Assembly (NCBI GenBank): GCA_965215685.1
Contig: OZ244113.1
Span: forward strand, 2,429,652-2,493,651
Reading direction: 5' to 3'
Origin: Chitinophagales bacterium
GTDB lineage: Bacteria > Bacteroidota > Bacteroidia > Chitinophagales > JAHQVX01
Length of the DNA stretch: 64,000 nucleotides
The notes beneath the pieces are model-generated. The model was not told where the DNA came from. It searched no databases and saw only the letters and a list, made by a program, of their open reading frames with translations. Made by a program: the position numbers and the translations under genes. Below are positions 29,691-39,902 of the stretch, piece by piece. Numbering within the stretch: position 1 is the first letter of the stretch; every line of letters starts with the position of its first letter.

Positions 29691-32156
29691 CTAATACTCT
29701 CCGCCACCTTCTCCGTCAAAGTCTCCCGGGCCACCTTGACGCTGCCGCTGTTTTTTCTGATTTATACGGTAGTTAAAACCAACGGTTGCCGACCGACCGC
29801 GCCATTGAAATTCGCCATAACGTAAAAAATCATCGGTTTCCTGCTCAAAACGTCGTTTGCGCGTGTTAAATATATCCCGAATGCTGAGCGTAAATGTACC
29901 CTTACCCTTAAATGCATCCTTACTCGCACTTAAATCGGTTGAGAGCATACCTTTTCGCCTGCCTTGAGCAGAATTTCTGGGCGCACGGTAATTAGCCCGT
30001 AACTGGGCGTCAAAGTCATTCGTGATCTTATATCTTGTATTCAACCTGCTTTGCCAACTAAAGCCCTCGGCATCCAGATCTTCATTATCAGTATTACCTA
30101 AGGTTTTAAAGCTGTAAAAGTTGGCACTTAAATCTGACCTTAGCTTATTGGTAATATCGCCACTGAATATTATTTCGGCACCATAGCTGTTTTGTTTGCC
30201 CAAATTTACCGGCTGGGTAAGCGTTACATCGGTTGTAATTAGCTTCGATATCCTTTGTATCACATCCTCGGTATGCCGGTAATACAGCGATGTGTTTAAG
30301 GTAAGTCTTTCAAATTCTTTCAAATGACCAAATTCAAATGAATTGGTGTATTCCGGATCGAGATTCGGATTACCTGAAAAGCGGTTTTCCGAATCGGAGT
30401 AAGTGAAGAATGGATTTAAGTCCCAAAATCTAGGTCGGCGTGTACGGTAGCTGTAGCTTAGTTGTAATGCATTGGACTGGCCCAGATCGAAGCTTAAAAA
30501 TGCCGACGGGAATATCTTGAAATAGTCGCGTGCATTTTTTTCGTTGGTTGTTTCAAGCAGGGTAGTAAGACTGGTGTTTTCACCTCTCAACCCAAACTGA
30601 TAACCGAGTTTCCCCGTTTTATTTCCATATTGAGCATAAAGGGCAGATATATCTTCATTATAGTCGAAAATGTTACTCAACTGATCCAATACTTGCCACT
30701 GATTACCTGCAAACTCTTCAACGAGATAATCATTTTTAATGTCCCTAAAAGTTGCTTTCCCACCAATTTCAAGTTTTCCATTTTCTGAAAATGGTTTGGT
30801 AAAATCAGCTTGAAGGAGAAGTTCATTCTGGCCTTCTTCATTTCTACTCCGTTCCATAAATGAAGTAGAGTTATCTAACTCGAATTGGGGTAACTGATAG
30901 AAGCGCGTGAGGAGATCAGAATTTTCATTTTCAGAGTCTTCTTCCCATTTAATGGTTGCTCTTAGTTTGTGCTGCCGGTTATCGGTAAATTGTTTATCAA
31001 AATTTAATTCGTATGATTGCTGCCTTTCACGCTCAGATTCGTCTTCCTCCCTAAGCTTTGCATCTGTTAATTCTTCACCGGTATTATAGTACTTATAGAA
31101 TAGTTCGGAATCATTGTTATCGTCTCCCAGCCCAAATTCAAAAGAACCGGTAAGTTGTGTTTTCGGTGAAATATAATAATCGAGACCTGCTTTTACATTA
31201 CCACTTAAACCACCGCGATTAAATTGGCGGTCTAAAATGGAGATAGGATTATCGGCCGCACCATATCTGTTAGAATATAAATTACCACTGCCCGGTCGTC
31301 CCCGGTAATTGCCCCCAAGGTTGGCAAACCAGTTAATATGCTTCTTACGAAAATTAAGATTTACGGAGGCTCCATAATTGTCAGGTATCCCGGTGTTTGC
31401 ATTTAAAGCTGCATTAAATCCTTTTTGTTCTTCTTTTCTAATTATTACGTTAATAATGCCGGTCATGCCCTCAGCATCATATTTTGCCGAGGGGTTGGTA
31501 ATGATCTCCACTTTTTCAACACTACCTGCCGGCAGGCTGCGCAACCTGGTCATCGGACTAATTCCGGATTCTTTTCCGTCAATTAATATTCTAACTCCAC
31601 TACTGCCACGCAGGCTCACGTTTCCTTCCACATCAACGGCAACAGACGGAATGTTATCCAAAACCTCGGTAGCATCACTACCGGTATTGGCAAGATCTTG
31701 TCCAACCGTAAACACCTTCTTATCCAACTCAAAGGAGATGGTACTTTTCTCACCAATAACCTCAACGCCTTCAAGCAAGTTAGCATCAGGATATAAGGCA
31801 ATACGGCCCATCATTGTAGGCTTGCTATTTGCAACAGTAATGTTATTGACGAAAACGGTTCGATAAGCTATATAATCAACCTTTAACAGATATTCACCAC
31901 TCCCGGCTTCTACCCTGAATCTGCCTTTATCGTTGGTTACGCTTCCGTTTACCACGCTTGAATCAACAGGGTTAAGAAGTGCTACCGTGGCATATTCCAG
32001 GGGAGTTTCGGTGTCGCCATCAATAACTGAACCTCCAACACCTGTAAAACCGGGTTGACCTCCGGGTCCACCTCCCGGACGATTGCCTCTTTGCTGTGAA
32101 TATAGTGTAGTTGCCAATGATACTACCAGACTAACAATAAACAAGATTTTCCTCAT
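29691..32156 (-). CDS. TonB-dependent receptor / outer-membrane beta-barrel with N-terminal carboxypeptidase-regulatory-like domain
   Basis: 821 aa. Signal peptide MRKILFIVSLVVSLATTLYSQ, CarbopepD_reg-like segment (GSVIDGDTETPLEYATVALL), plug and barrel. Confidence 0.85.
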   Translation of the reverse strand: MRKILFIVSLVVSLATTLYSQQRGNRPGGGPGGQPGFTGVGGSVIDGDTETPLEYATVALLNPVDSSVVNGSVTNDKGRFRVEAGSGEYLLKVDYIAYRTVFVNNITVANSKPTMMGRIALYPDANLLEGVEVIGEKSTISFELDKKVFTVGQDLANTGSDATEVLDNIPSVAVDVEGNVSLRGSSGVRILIDGKESGISPMTRLRSLPAGSVEKVEIITNPSAKYDAEGMTGIINVIIRKEEQKGFNAALNANTGIPDNYGASVNLNFRKKHINWFANLGGNYRGRPGSGNLYSNRYGAADNPISILDRQFNRGGLSGNVKAGLDYYISPKTQLTGSFEFGLGDDNNDSELFYKYYNTGEELTDAKLREEDESERERQQSYELNFDKQFTDNRQHKLRATIKWEEDSENENSDLLTRFYQLPQFELDNSTSFMERSRNEEGQNELLLQADFTKPFSENGKLEIGGKATFRDIKNDYLVEEFAGNQWQVLDQLSNIFDYNEDISALYAQYGNKTGKLGYQFGLRGENTSLTTLLETTNEKNARDYFKIFPSAFLSFDLGQSNALQLSYSYRTRRPRFWDLNPFFTYSDSENRFSGNPNLDPEYTNSFEFGHLKEFERLTLNTSLYYRHTEDVIQRISKLITTDVTLTQPVNLGKQNSYGAEIIFSGDITNKLRSDLSANFYSFKTLGNTDNEDLDAEGFSWQSRLNTRYKITNDFDAQLRANYRAPRNSAQGRRKGMLSTDLSASKDAFKGKGTFTLSIRDIFNTRKRRFEQETDDFLRYGEFQWRGRSATVGFNYRINQKKQRQRQGGPGDFDGEGGGEY

Positions 32157-32220
32157 TAATAGATCTTATGGTTGATTAGATGTCATCTTAACTGAAATCT
32201 TGCGCAAAAGTCATAAAAAA

Positions 32221-32244
32221 ACCCGAATCGAAGCCGATTCGGGT
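32221..32244 (-). terminator. Rho-independent terminator of the adhesin gene
   Basis: ACCCGAATCG-aagc-CGATTCGGGT with an A7 run on the plus strand just before it (a T-tract on the minus strand after the hairpin). Lies 21 nt downstream of the stop at 32265. Confidence 0.6.
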
Positions 32245-32264
32245 TTGTATTATTTTATTAATGG

Positions 32265-34848
32265 TTATCTAATTATTGCAAACCTTTCCGTATTTCCTCT
32301 CTTGCCGTCTGAGAGATGCACATAGTACATTCCTTCGGCCAAGCCAGCCATGTATAAGTTTTGCACATATTTAACACCTTTATTTAGATCGCGACTTTCA
32401 ATTGTTTTAACAACTCTGCCATGTGTGTCAAGAATTGTAATATCAAGTTGCGCCATATCATAATGCGGAATGAAACTTACTGTTCCATTTATTTGAATGG
32501 GATTAGGTGTTACCTTCAAATCAAGGAACATCTCTTCAGCAGGTTTGTCTTCTGCCAAAGTGATTCCTCCTGCACGTGTATGGTTCTCATTACATGTAAC
32601 TCCGTGAGCAATGATGTATATCTCATCACAGCCTAATTCAGAGACATCAACCGTTAAAGGGACACCATCTTCCAGACCACTAAACGGATACCGACCGGGA
32701 GCATTATTCTCATTACCGATCTGTAATGGCTCACACCCGATATACAGATGTGTTTCCGTCAGGCTATGTCCATCCGCCATGCTATAAGTCACTTCTACCT
32801 GGCCGTTGTCATATACAACATACAAGTCACCTACATAGGTATCGCTTGAAGCATTGCAATGGGCGGCTCCGGCATGTAGCTCCATGGTGTAATTGTCTTC
32901 AGTCAGCGGTCCGTTAGTCCAACCCCATTTATTGTTGGAAGCACCGGCATCAGTAAAGCAAGTGGCGTTGTCAGCCGACATAGCATATAATGTATCGCAA
33001 TCTTCTTCACAATCTTCATAACAAACTTTCTCACATATTACTCCATGAGTTATTATCCAAAGCGGATCGCAATCCAAAGATGTAACATCAATGGTGTAAG
33101 TATATGTTTGAACGCCGTCATGTGATTCTGAAGATGGATATTGACCTGGAGCTACAGTAGGTTTTCCTCTCTTTGTAGGATATTTATCACATCCAACATA
33201 TACATGACTTTCGGTGAGTACATAACCGTCAATTACTGAGTAAGTAACAACTACCTCATCTCCTTGATAACTCACCATTATATCACCAACATCCAATCCT
33301 TTATCCGTATCGCAAAGAGCAGCACCTGCATAAAGATCTAATGTATATGAACCACCTTCAGAGATTTGGTTTGTCCAACCCCATCGGTTAAACCCATCAT
33401 CAATGAAACAATCAGAATCATTACCGCCTAAAGCGAAGGCTGTTTCACAATCTACATATTCACATACTTCTTCACAGTCAGGATCAGGCTCACAATCACA
33501 AACTTCCTGACAGGTATTACCACCATGTACAATGATGTATAATTCTCCATTATTATCACAATTAAATTCAGATACATCAACAGTATAAGGCACACCATCT
33601 TCCAAACCACTATATGGATATTGACCCGGTGCCACAGTTGGTTTACCTTTTTTATTGGCAGGAATTGGACCACAGCCAATATAAAGATGTGTATCGCTAA
33701 TGGTAAATCCATCATTCATATTGTAGGTAACGGTTACTTCATCATCATGATAGGATACGGAAACCGTACCTGCCAGTTCACCTTTAGATGTATCACACTG
33801 TCCTGCACCGGCCCATACGTCGTAGGTATAATCGTTGCCTTCGATGATCTTGTTGGTCCAACCCCATCTGCTAAATCCGTATTCACTAAAGCATTCGCCG
33901 TCATCTCCTTTGGCAAAGGATGTTTCGCATTCGCCAATTTCACAGCAACGCTCAACTGTTATAGTTTGCGTGTGCTCAACTGGGTTACCGCATTCATCTT
34001 CGGCAGACCACGTTCGTGTTATCACTTTTTCGATAAATTCATCTTCTTCGCATGTGAATTCCATAATATCTTCAACGTATGTTACTTCTACATTATCATC
34101 ACAGTTATCATCGGCAGTAACAATTGGTGCAACCGGTATCTCCTGATCACATTCAACAGTAATGTCTCCGGGTGTTTCGCTTAAGACCGGTGCTGTTTCA
34201 TCGTAGTATCTGGTAACTTTTACTGTTACTTCTTCTGCTGCATTTCCACATTCGTCATCTACATTAAATGTATAGATACGGTATTGACTACAACCGTCGT
34301 CACCGTTCATGATCGGACCGCTTACCCCTGTAATGGTACCTCCGCCTGAGCAGTTGTCAGTCCAGGTAGTGGTAGGAGCTGCCGGCCAATCTTGATTACA
34401 AACCGTAATGTTCACATCATCTAGTGGAGTGATTTCCGGTGCTGTTTCATCGTAGTATCTGGTAACTTTTACTGTTACTTCTTCTGCTGCATTTCCACAT
34501 TCGTCATCTACATTAAATGTATAGATACGGTATTGACTACAACCGTCGTCACCGTTCATGATCGGACCGCTTACCCCTGTAATGGTACCTCCGCCTGAGC
34601 AGTTGTCAGTCCAGGTAGTGGTAGGAGCTGCCGGCCAATCTTGATTACAAACCGTAATGTTCACATCATCTAGTGGAGTGATTTCCGGTGCTGTTTCATC
34701 GTAGTATCTGGTAACTTTTACTGTTACTTCTTCTGCTGCATTTCCACATTCGTCATCTACATTAAATGTATAGATACGGTATTGACTACAACCGTCGTCA
34801 CCGTTCATGATCGGACCGCTTACCCCTGTAATGGTACCTCCGCCTGAG
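32265..34848 (-). CDS. C-terminal portion of a giant HYR-like repeat adhesin: 2.65 repeat units, one divergent HYR-like domain, three Cys-rich ~150-aa domains, and a T9SS C-terminal sorting domain. No own start or signal peptide.
   Basis: The frame is open up to the junction at 34848 (track ORF 32265..34808 begins at an internal Met). The C-terminus KVTPNPIQINGTVSF...GMYYVHLSDGKRGNTERFAIIR is a typical T9SS type A sorting domain. Confidence 0.7.
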
Positions 34849-37800
34849 ATGCAGCAGAAGAAGTAACAGTAAAAGTTACCAGATACTACGATGAAACAGC
34901 ACCGGAAATCACTCCACTAGATGATGTGAACATTACGGTTTGTAATCAAGATTGGCCGGCAGCTCCTACCACTACCTGGACTGACAACTGCTCAGGCGGA
35001 GGTACCATTACAGGGGTAAGCGGTCCGATCATGAACGGTGACGACGGATGTAGTCAATACCGTATCTATACATTTAATGTAGATGACGAATGTGGAAATG
35101 CAGCAGAAGAAGTAACAGTAAAAGTTACCAGATACTACGATGAAACAGCACCGGAAATCACTCCACTAGATGATGTGAACATTACGGTTTGTAATCAAGA
35201 TTGGCCGGCAGCTCCTACCACTACCTGGACTGACAACTGCTCAGGCGGAGGTACCATTACAGGGGTAAGCGGTCCGATCATGAACGGTGATGACGGATGT
35301 AGTCAATACCGTATCTATACATTTAATGTAGATGACGAATGTGGAAATGCAGCAGAAGAAGTAACAGTAAAAGTTACCAGATACTACGATGAAACAGCAC
35401 CGGAAATCACTCCACTAGATGATGTGAACATTACGGTTTGTAATCAAGATTGGCCGGCAGCTCCTACCACTACCTGGACTGACAACTGCTCAGGCGGAGG
35501 TACCATTACAGGGGTAAGCGGTCCGATCATGAACGGTGATGACGGATGTAGTCAATACCGTATCTATACATTTAATGTAGATGACGAATGTGGAAATGCA
35601 GCAGAAGAAGTAACAGTAAAAGTTACCAGATACTACGATGAAACAGCACCGGAAATCACTCCACTAGATGATGTGAACATTACGGTTTGTAATCAAGATT
35701 GGCCGGCAGCTCCTACCACTACCTGGACTGACAACTGCTCAGGCGGAGGTACCATTACAGGGGTAAGCGGTCCGATCATGAACGGTGATGACGGATGTAG
35801 TCAATACCGTATCTATACATTTAATGTAGATGACGAATGTGGAAATGCAGCAGAAGAAGTAACAGTAAAAGTTACCAGATACTACGATGAAACAGCACCG
35901 GAAATCACTCCACTAGATGATGTGAACATTACGGTTTGTAATCAAGATTGGCCGGCAGCTCCTACCACTACCTGGACTGACAACTGCTCAGGCGGAGGTA
36001 CCATTACAGGGGTAAGCGGTCCGATCATGAACGGTGATGACGGATGTAGTCAATACCGTATCTATACATTTAATGTAGATGACGAATGTGGAAATGCAGC
36101 AGAAGAAGTAACAGTAAAAGTTACCAGATACTACGATGAAACAGCACCGGAAATCACTCCACTAGATGATGTGAACATTACGGTTTGTAATCAAGATTGG
36201 CCGGCAGCTCCTACCACTACCTGGACTGACAACTGCTCAGGCGGAGGTACCATTACAGGGGTAAGCGGTCCGATCATGAACGGTGATGACGGATGTAGTC
36301 AATACCGTATCTATACATTTAATGTAGATGACGAATGTGGAAATGCAGCAGAAGAAGTAACAGTAAAAGTTACCAGATACTACGATGAAACAGCACCGGA
36401 AATCACTCCACTAGATGATGTGAACATTACGGTTTGTAATCAAGATTGGCCGGCAGCTCCTACCACTACCTGGACTGACAACTGCTCAGGCGGAGGTACC
36501 ATTACAGGGGTAAGCGGTCCGATCATGAACGGTGACGACGGATGTAGTCAATACCGTATCTATACATTTAATGTAGATGACGAATGTGGAAATGCAGCAG
36601 AAGAAGTAACAGTAAAAGTTACCAGATACTACGATGAAACAGCACCGGAAATCACTCCACTAGATGATGTGAACATTACGGTTTGTAATCAAGATTGGCC
36701 GGCAGCTCCTACCACTACCTGGACTGACAACTGCTCAGGCGGAGGTACCATTACAGGGGTAAGCGGTCCGATCATGAACGGTGACGACGGTTGTAGTCAA
36801 TACCGTATCTATACATTTAATGTAGATGACGAATGTGGAAATGCAGCAGAAGAAGTAACAGTAAAAGTTACCAGATACTACGATGAAACAGCACCGGAAA
36901 TCACTCCACTAGATGATGTGAACATTACGGTTTGTAATCAAGATTGGCCGGCAGCTCCTACCACTACCTGGACTGACAACTGCTCAGGCGGAGGTACCAT
37001 TACAGGGGTAAGCGGTCCGATCATGAACGGTGATGACGGATGTAGTCAATACCGTATCTATACATTTAATGTAGATGACGAATGTGGAAATGCAGCAGAA
37101 GAAGTAACAGTAAAAGTTACCAGATACTACGATGAAACAGCACCGGAAATCACTCCACTAGATGATGTGAACATTACGGTTTGTAATCAAGATTGGCCGG
37201 CAGCTCCTACCACTACCTGGACTGACAACTGCTCAGGCGGAGGTACCATTACAGGGGTAAGCGGTCCGATCATGAACGGTGATGACGGATGTAGTCAATA
37301 CCGTATCTATACATTTAATGTAGATGACGAATGTGGAAATGCAGCAGAAGAAGTAACAGTAAAAGTTACCAGATACTACGATGAAACAGCACCGGAAATC
37401 ACTCCACTAGATGATGTGAACATTACGGTTTGTAATCAAGATTGGCCGGCAGCTCCTACCACTACCTGGACTGACAACTGCTCAGGCGGAGGTACCATTA
37501 CAGGGGTAAGCGGTCCGATCATGAACGGTGACGACGGATGTAGTCAATACCGTATCTATACATTTAATGTAGATGACGAATGTGGAAATGCAGCAGAAGA
37601 AGTAACAGTAAAAGTTACCAGATACTACGATGAAACAGCACCGGAAATCACTCCACTAGATGATGTGAACATTACGGTTTGTAATCAAGATTGGCCGGCA
37701 GCTCCTACCACTACCTGGACTGACAACTGCTCAGGCGGAGGTACCATTACAGGGGTAAGCGGTCCGATCATGAACGGTGACGACGGTTGTAGTCAATACC

Positions 37801-39849
37801 GTATCTATACATTTAATGTAGATGACGAATGTGGAAATGCAGCAGAAGAAGTAACAGTAAAAGTTACCAGATACTACGATGAAACAGCACCGGAAATCAC
37901 TCCACTAGATGATGTGAACATTACGGTTTGTAATCAAGATTGGCCGGCAGCTCCTACCACTACCTGGACTGACAACTGCTCAGGCGGAGGTACCATTACA
38001 GGGGTAAGCGGTCCGATCATGAACGGTGATGACGGATGTAGTCAATACCGTATCTATACATTTAATGTAGATGACGAATGTGGAAATGCAGCAGAAGAAG
38101 TAACAGTAAAAGTTACCAGATACTACGATGAAACAGCACCGGAAATCACTCCACTAGATGATGTGAACATTACGGTTTGTAATCAAGATTGGCCGGCAGC
38201 TCCTACCACTACCTGGACTGACAACTGCTCAGGCGGAGGTACCATTACAGGGGTAAGCGGTCCGATCATGAACGGTGATGACGGATGTAGTCAATACCGT
38301 ATCTATACATTTAATGTAGATGACGAATGTGGAAATGCAGCAGAAGAAGTAACAGTAAAAGTTACCAGATACTACGATGAAACAGCACCGGAAATCACTC
38401 CACTAGATGATGTGAACATTACGGTTTGTAATCAAGATTGGCCGGCAGCTCCTACCACTACCTGGACTGACAACTGCTCAGGCGGAGGTACCATTACAGG
38501 GGTAAGCGGTCCGATCATGAACGGTGATGACGGATGTAGTCAATACCGTATCTATACATTTAATGTAGATGACGAATGTGGAAATGCAGCAGAAGAAGTA
38601 ACAGTAAAAGTTACCAGATACTACGATGAAACAGCACCGGAAATCACTCCACTAGATGATGTGAACATTACGGTTTGTAATCAAGATTGGCCGGCAGCTC
38701 CTACCACTACCTGGACTGACAACTGCTCAGGCGGAGGTACCATTACAGGGGTAAGCGGTCCGATCATGAACGGTGATGACGGATGTAGTCAATACCGTAT
38801 CTATACATTTAATGTAGATGACGAATGTGGAAATGCAGCAGAAGAAGTAACAGTAAAAGTTACCAGATACTACGATGAAACAGCACCGGAAATCACTCCA
38901 CTAGATGATGTGAACATTACGGTTTGTAATCAAGATTGGCCGGCAGCTCCTACCACTACCTGGACTGACAACTGCTCAGGCGGAGGTACCATTACAGGGG
39001 TAAGCGGTCCGATCATGAACGGTGATGACGGATGTAGTCAATACCGTATCTATACATTTAATGTAGATGACGAATGTGGAAATGCAGCAGAAGAAGTAAC
39101 AGTAAAAGTTACCAGATACTACGATGAAACAGCACCGGAAATCACTCCACTAGATGATGTGAACATTACGGTTTGTAATCAAGATTGGCCGGCAGCTCCT
39201 ACCACTACCTGGACTGACAACTGCTCAGGCGGAGGTACCATTACAGGGGTAAGCGGTCCGATCATGAACGGTGACGACGGATGTAGTCAATACCGTATCT
39301 ATACATTTAATGTAGATGACGAATGTGGAAATGCAGCAGAAGAAGTAACAGTAAAAGTTACCAGATACTACGATGAAACAGCACCGGAAATCACTCCACT
39401 AGATGATGTGAACATTACGGTTTGTAATCAAGATTGGCCGGCAGCTCCTACCACTACCTGGACTGACAACTGCTCAGGCGGAGGTACCATTACAGGGGTA
39501 AGCGGTCCGATCATGAACGGTGACGACGGTTGTAGTCAATACCGTATCTATACATTTAATGTAGATGACGAATGTGGAAATGCAGCAGAAGAAGTAACAG
39601 TAAAAGTTACCAGATACTACGATGAAACAGCACCGGAAATCACTCCACTAGATGATGTGAACATTACGGTTTGTAATCAAGATTGGCCGGCAGCTCCTAC
39701 CACTACCTGGACTGACAACTGCTCAGGCGGAGGTACCATTACAGGGGTAAGCGGTCCGATCATGAACGGTGACGACGGTTGTAGTCAATACCGTATCTAT
39801 ACATTTAATGTAGATGACGAATGTGGAAATGCAGCAGAAGAAGTAACAG
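34849..39849 (+). repeat. Inverted block of 20 x 249-bp near-identical units (+21 nt), coding sense on the plus strand
   Basis: GATGATGTGAAC recurs at 34920 + 249k (k=0..19). I found only two variable sites per unit. Sharp junctions at 34848|34849 and 39849|39850. Confidence 0.95.
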
Positions 39850-39902
39850 AGGTTGTGCTCAATGAAGTTGGCCAATCCTGGTTACAGTTAGGTAAAGTAT
39901 AG
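34926..39902 (+). CDS. Repeat-only ORF (20 HYR-like units) created by the inverted block; doubtful as an independent gene
   Basis: 1658-aa open frame with an in-frame TGA at 34845-47 immediately upstream. The first candidate start is GTG at 34926. No signal peptide and no sorting domain. The 3' end reads antisense into the N-terminal fragment. Confidence 0.35.
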   Translation: MNITVCNQDWPAAPTTTWTDNCSGGGTITGVSGPIMNGDDGCSQYRIYTFNVDDECGNAAEEVTVKVTRYYDETAPEITPLDDVNITVCNQDWPAAPTTTWTDNCSGGGTITGVSGPIMNGDDGCSQYRIYTFNVDDECGNAAEEVTVKVTRYYDETAPEITPLDDVNITVCNQDWPAAPTTTWTDNCSGGGTITGVSGPIMNGDDGCSQYRIYTFNVDDECGNAAEEVTVKVTRYYDETAPEITPLDDVNITVCNQDWPAAPTTTWTDNCSGGGTITGVSGPIMNGDDGCSQYRIYTFNVDDECGNAAEEVTVKVTRYYDETAPEITPLDDVNITVCNQDWPAAPTTTWTDNCSGGGTITGVSGPIMNGDDGCSQYRIYTFNVDDECGNAAEEVTVKVTRYYDETAPEITPLDDVNITVCNQDWPAAPTTTWTDNCSGGGTITGVSGPIMNGDDGCSQYRIYTFNVDDECGNAAEEVTVKVTRYYDETAPEITPLDDVNITVCNQDWPAAPTTTWTDNCSGGGTITGVSGPIMNGDDGCSQYRIYTFNVDDECGNAAEEVTVKVTRYYDETAPEITPLDDVNITVCNQDWPAAPTTTWTDNCSGGGTITGVSGPIMNGDDGCSQYRIYTFNVDDECGNAAEEVTVKVTRYYDETAPEITPLDDVNITVCNQDWPAAPTTTWTDNCSGGGTITGVSGPIMNGDDGCSQYRIYTFNVDDECGNAAEEVTVKVTRYYDETAPEITPLDDVNITVCNQDWPAAPTTTWTDNCSGGGTITGVSGPIMNGDDGCSQYRIYTFNVDDECGNAAEEVTVKVTRYYDETAPEITPLDDVNITVCNQDWPAAPTTTWTDNCSGGGTITGVSGPIMNGDDGCSQYRIYTFNVDDECGNAAEEVTVKVTRYYDETAPEITPLDDVNITVCNQDWPAAPTTTWTDNCSGGGTITGVSGPIMNGDDGCSQYRIYTFNVDDECGNAAEEVTVKVTRYYDETAPEITPLDDVNITVCNQDWPAAPTTTWTDNCSGGGTITGVSGPIMNGDDGCSQYRIYTFNVDDECGNAAEEVTVKVTRYYDETAPEITPLDDVNITVCNQDWPAAPTTTWTDNCSGGGTITGVSGPIMNGDDGCSQYRIYTFNVDDECGNAAEEVTVKVTRYYDETAPEITPLDDVNITVCNQDWPAAPTTTWTDNCSGGGTITGVSGPIMNGDDGCSQYRIYTFNVDDECGNAAEEVTVKVTRYYDETAPEITPLDDVNITVCNQDWPAAPTTTWTDNCSGGGTITGVSGPIMNGDDGCSQYRIYTFNVDDECGNAAEEVTVKVTRYYDETAPEITPLDDVNITVCNQDWPAAPTTTWTDNCSGGGTITGVSGPIMNGDDGCSQYRIYTFNVDDECGNAAEEVTVKVTRYYDETAPEITPLDDVNITVCNQDWPAAPTTTWTDNCSGGGTITGVSGPIMNGDDGCSQYRIYTFNVDDECGNAAEEVTVKVTRYYDETAPEITPLDDVNITVCNQDWPAAPTTTWTDNCSGGGTITGVSGPIMNGDDGCSQYRIYTFNVDDECGNAAEEVTVKVTRYYDETAPEITPLDDVNITVCNQDWPAAPTTTWTDNCSGGGTITGVSGPIMNGDDGCSQYRIYTFNVDDECGNAAEEVTEVVLNEVGQSWLQLGKV

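Noticed and set aside
34849-39849. Invertase-driven phase-variable switch (shufflon/invertible promoter type) or a diversity-generating retroelement target
   Set aside because: The window contains no site-specific recombinase or reverse transcriptase. The junctions do not fall at matching inverted-repeat sites and show no microhomology, and re-inversion does not restore the full frame. The units vary at only two synonymous sites, which is the opposite of DGR hypervariation. The observation is kept as a finding, but without this mechanistic claim.
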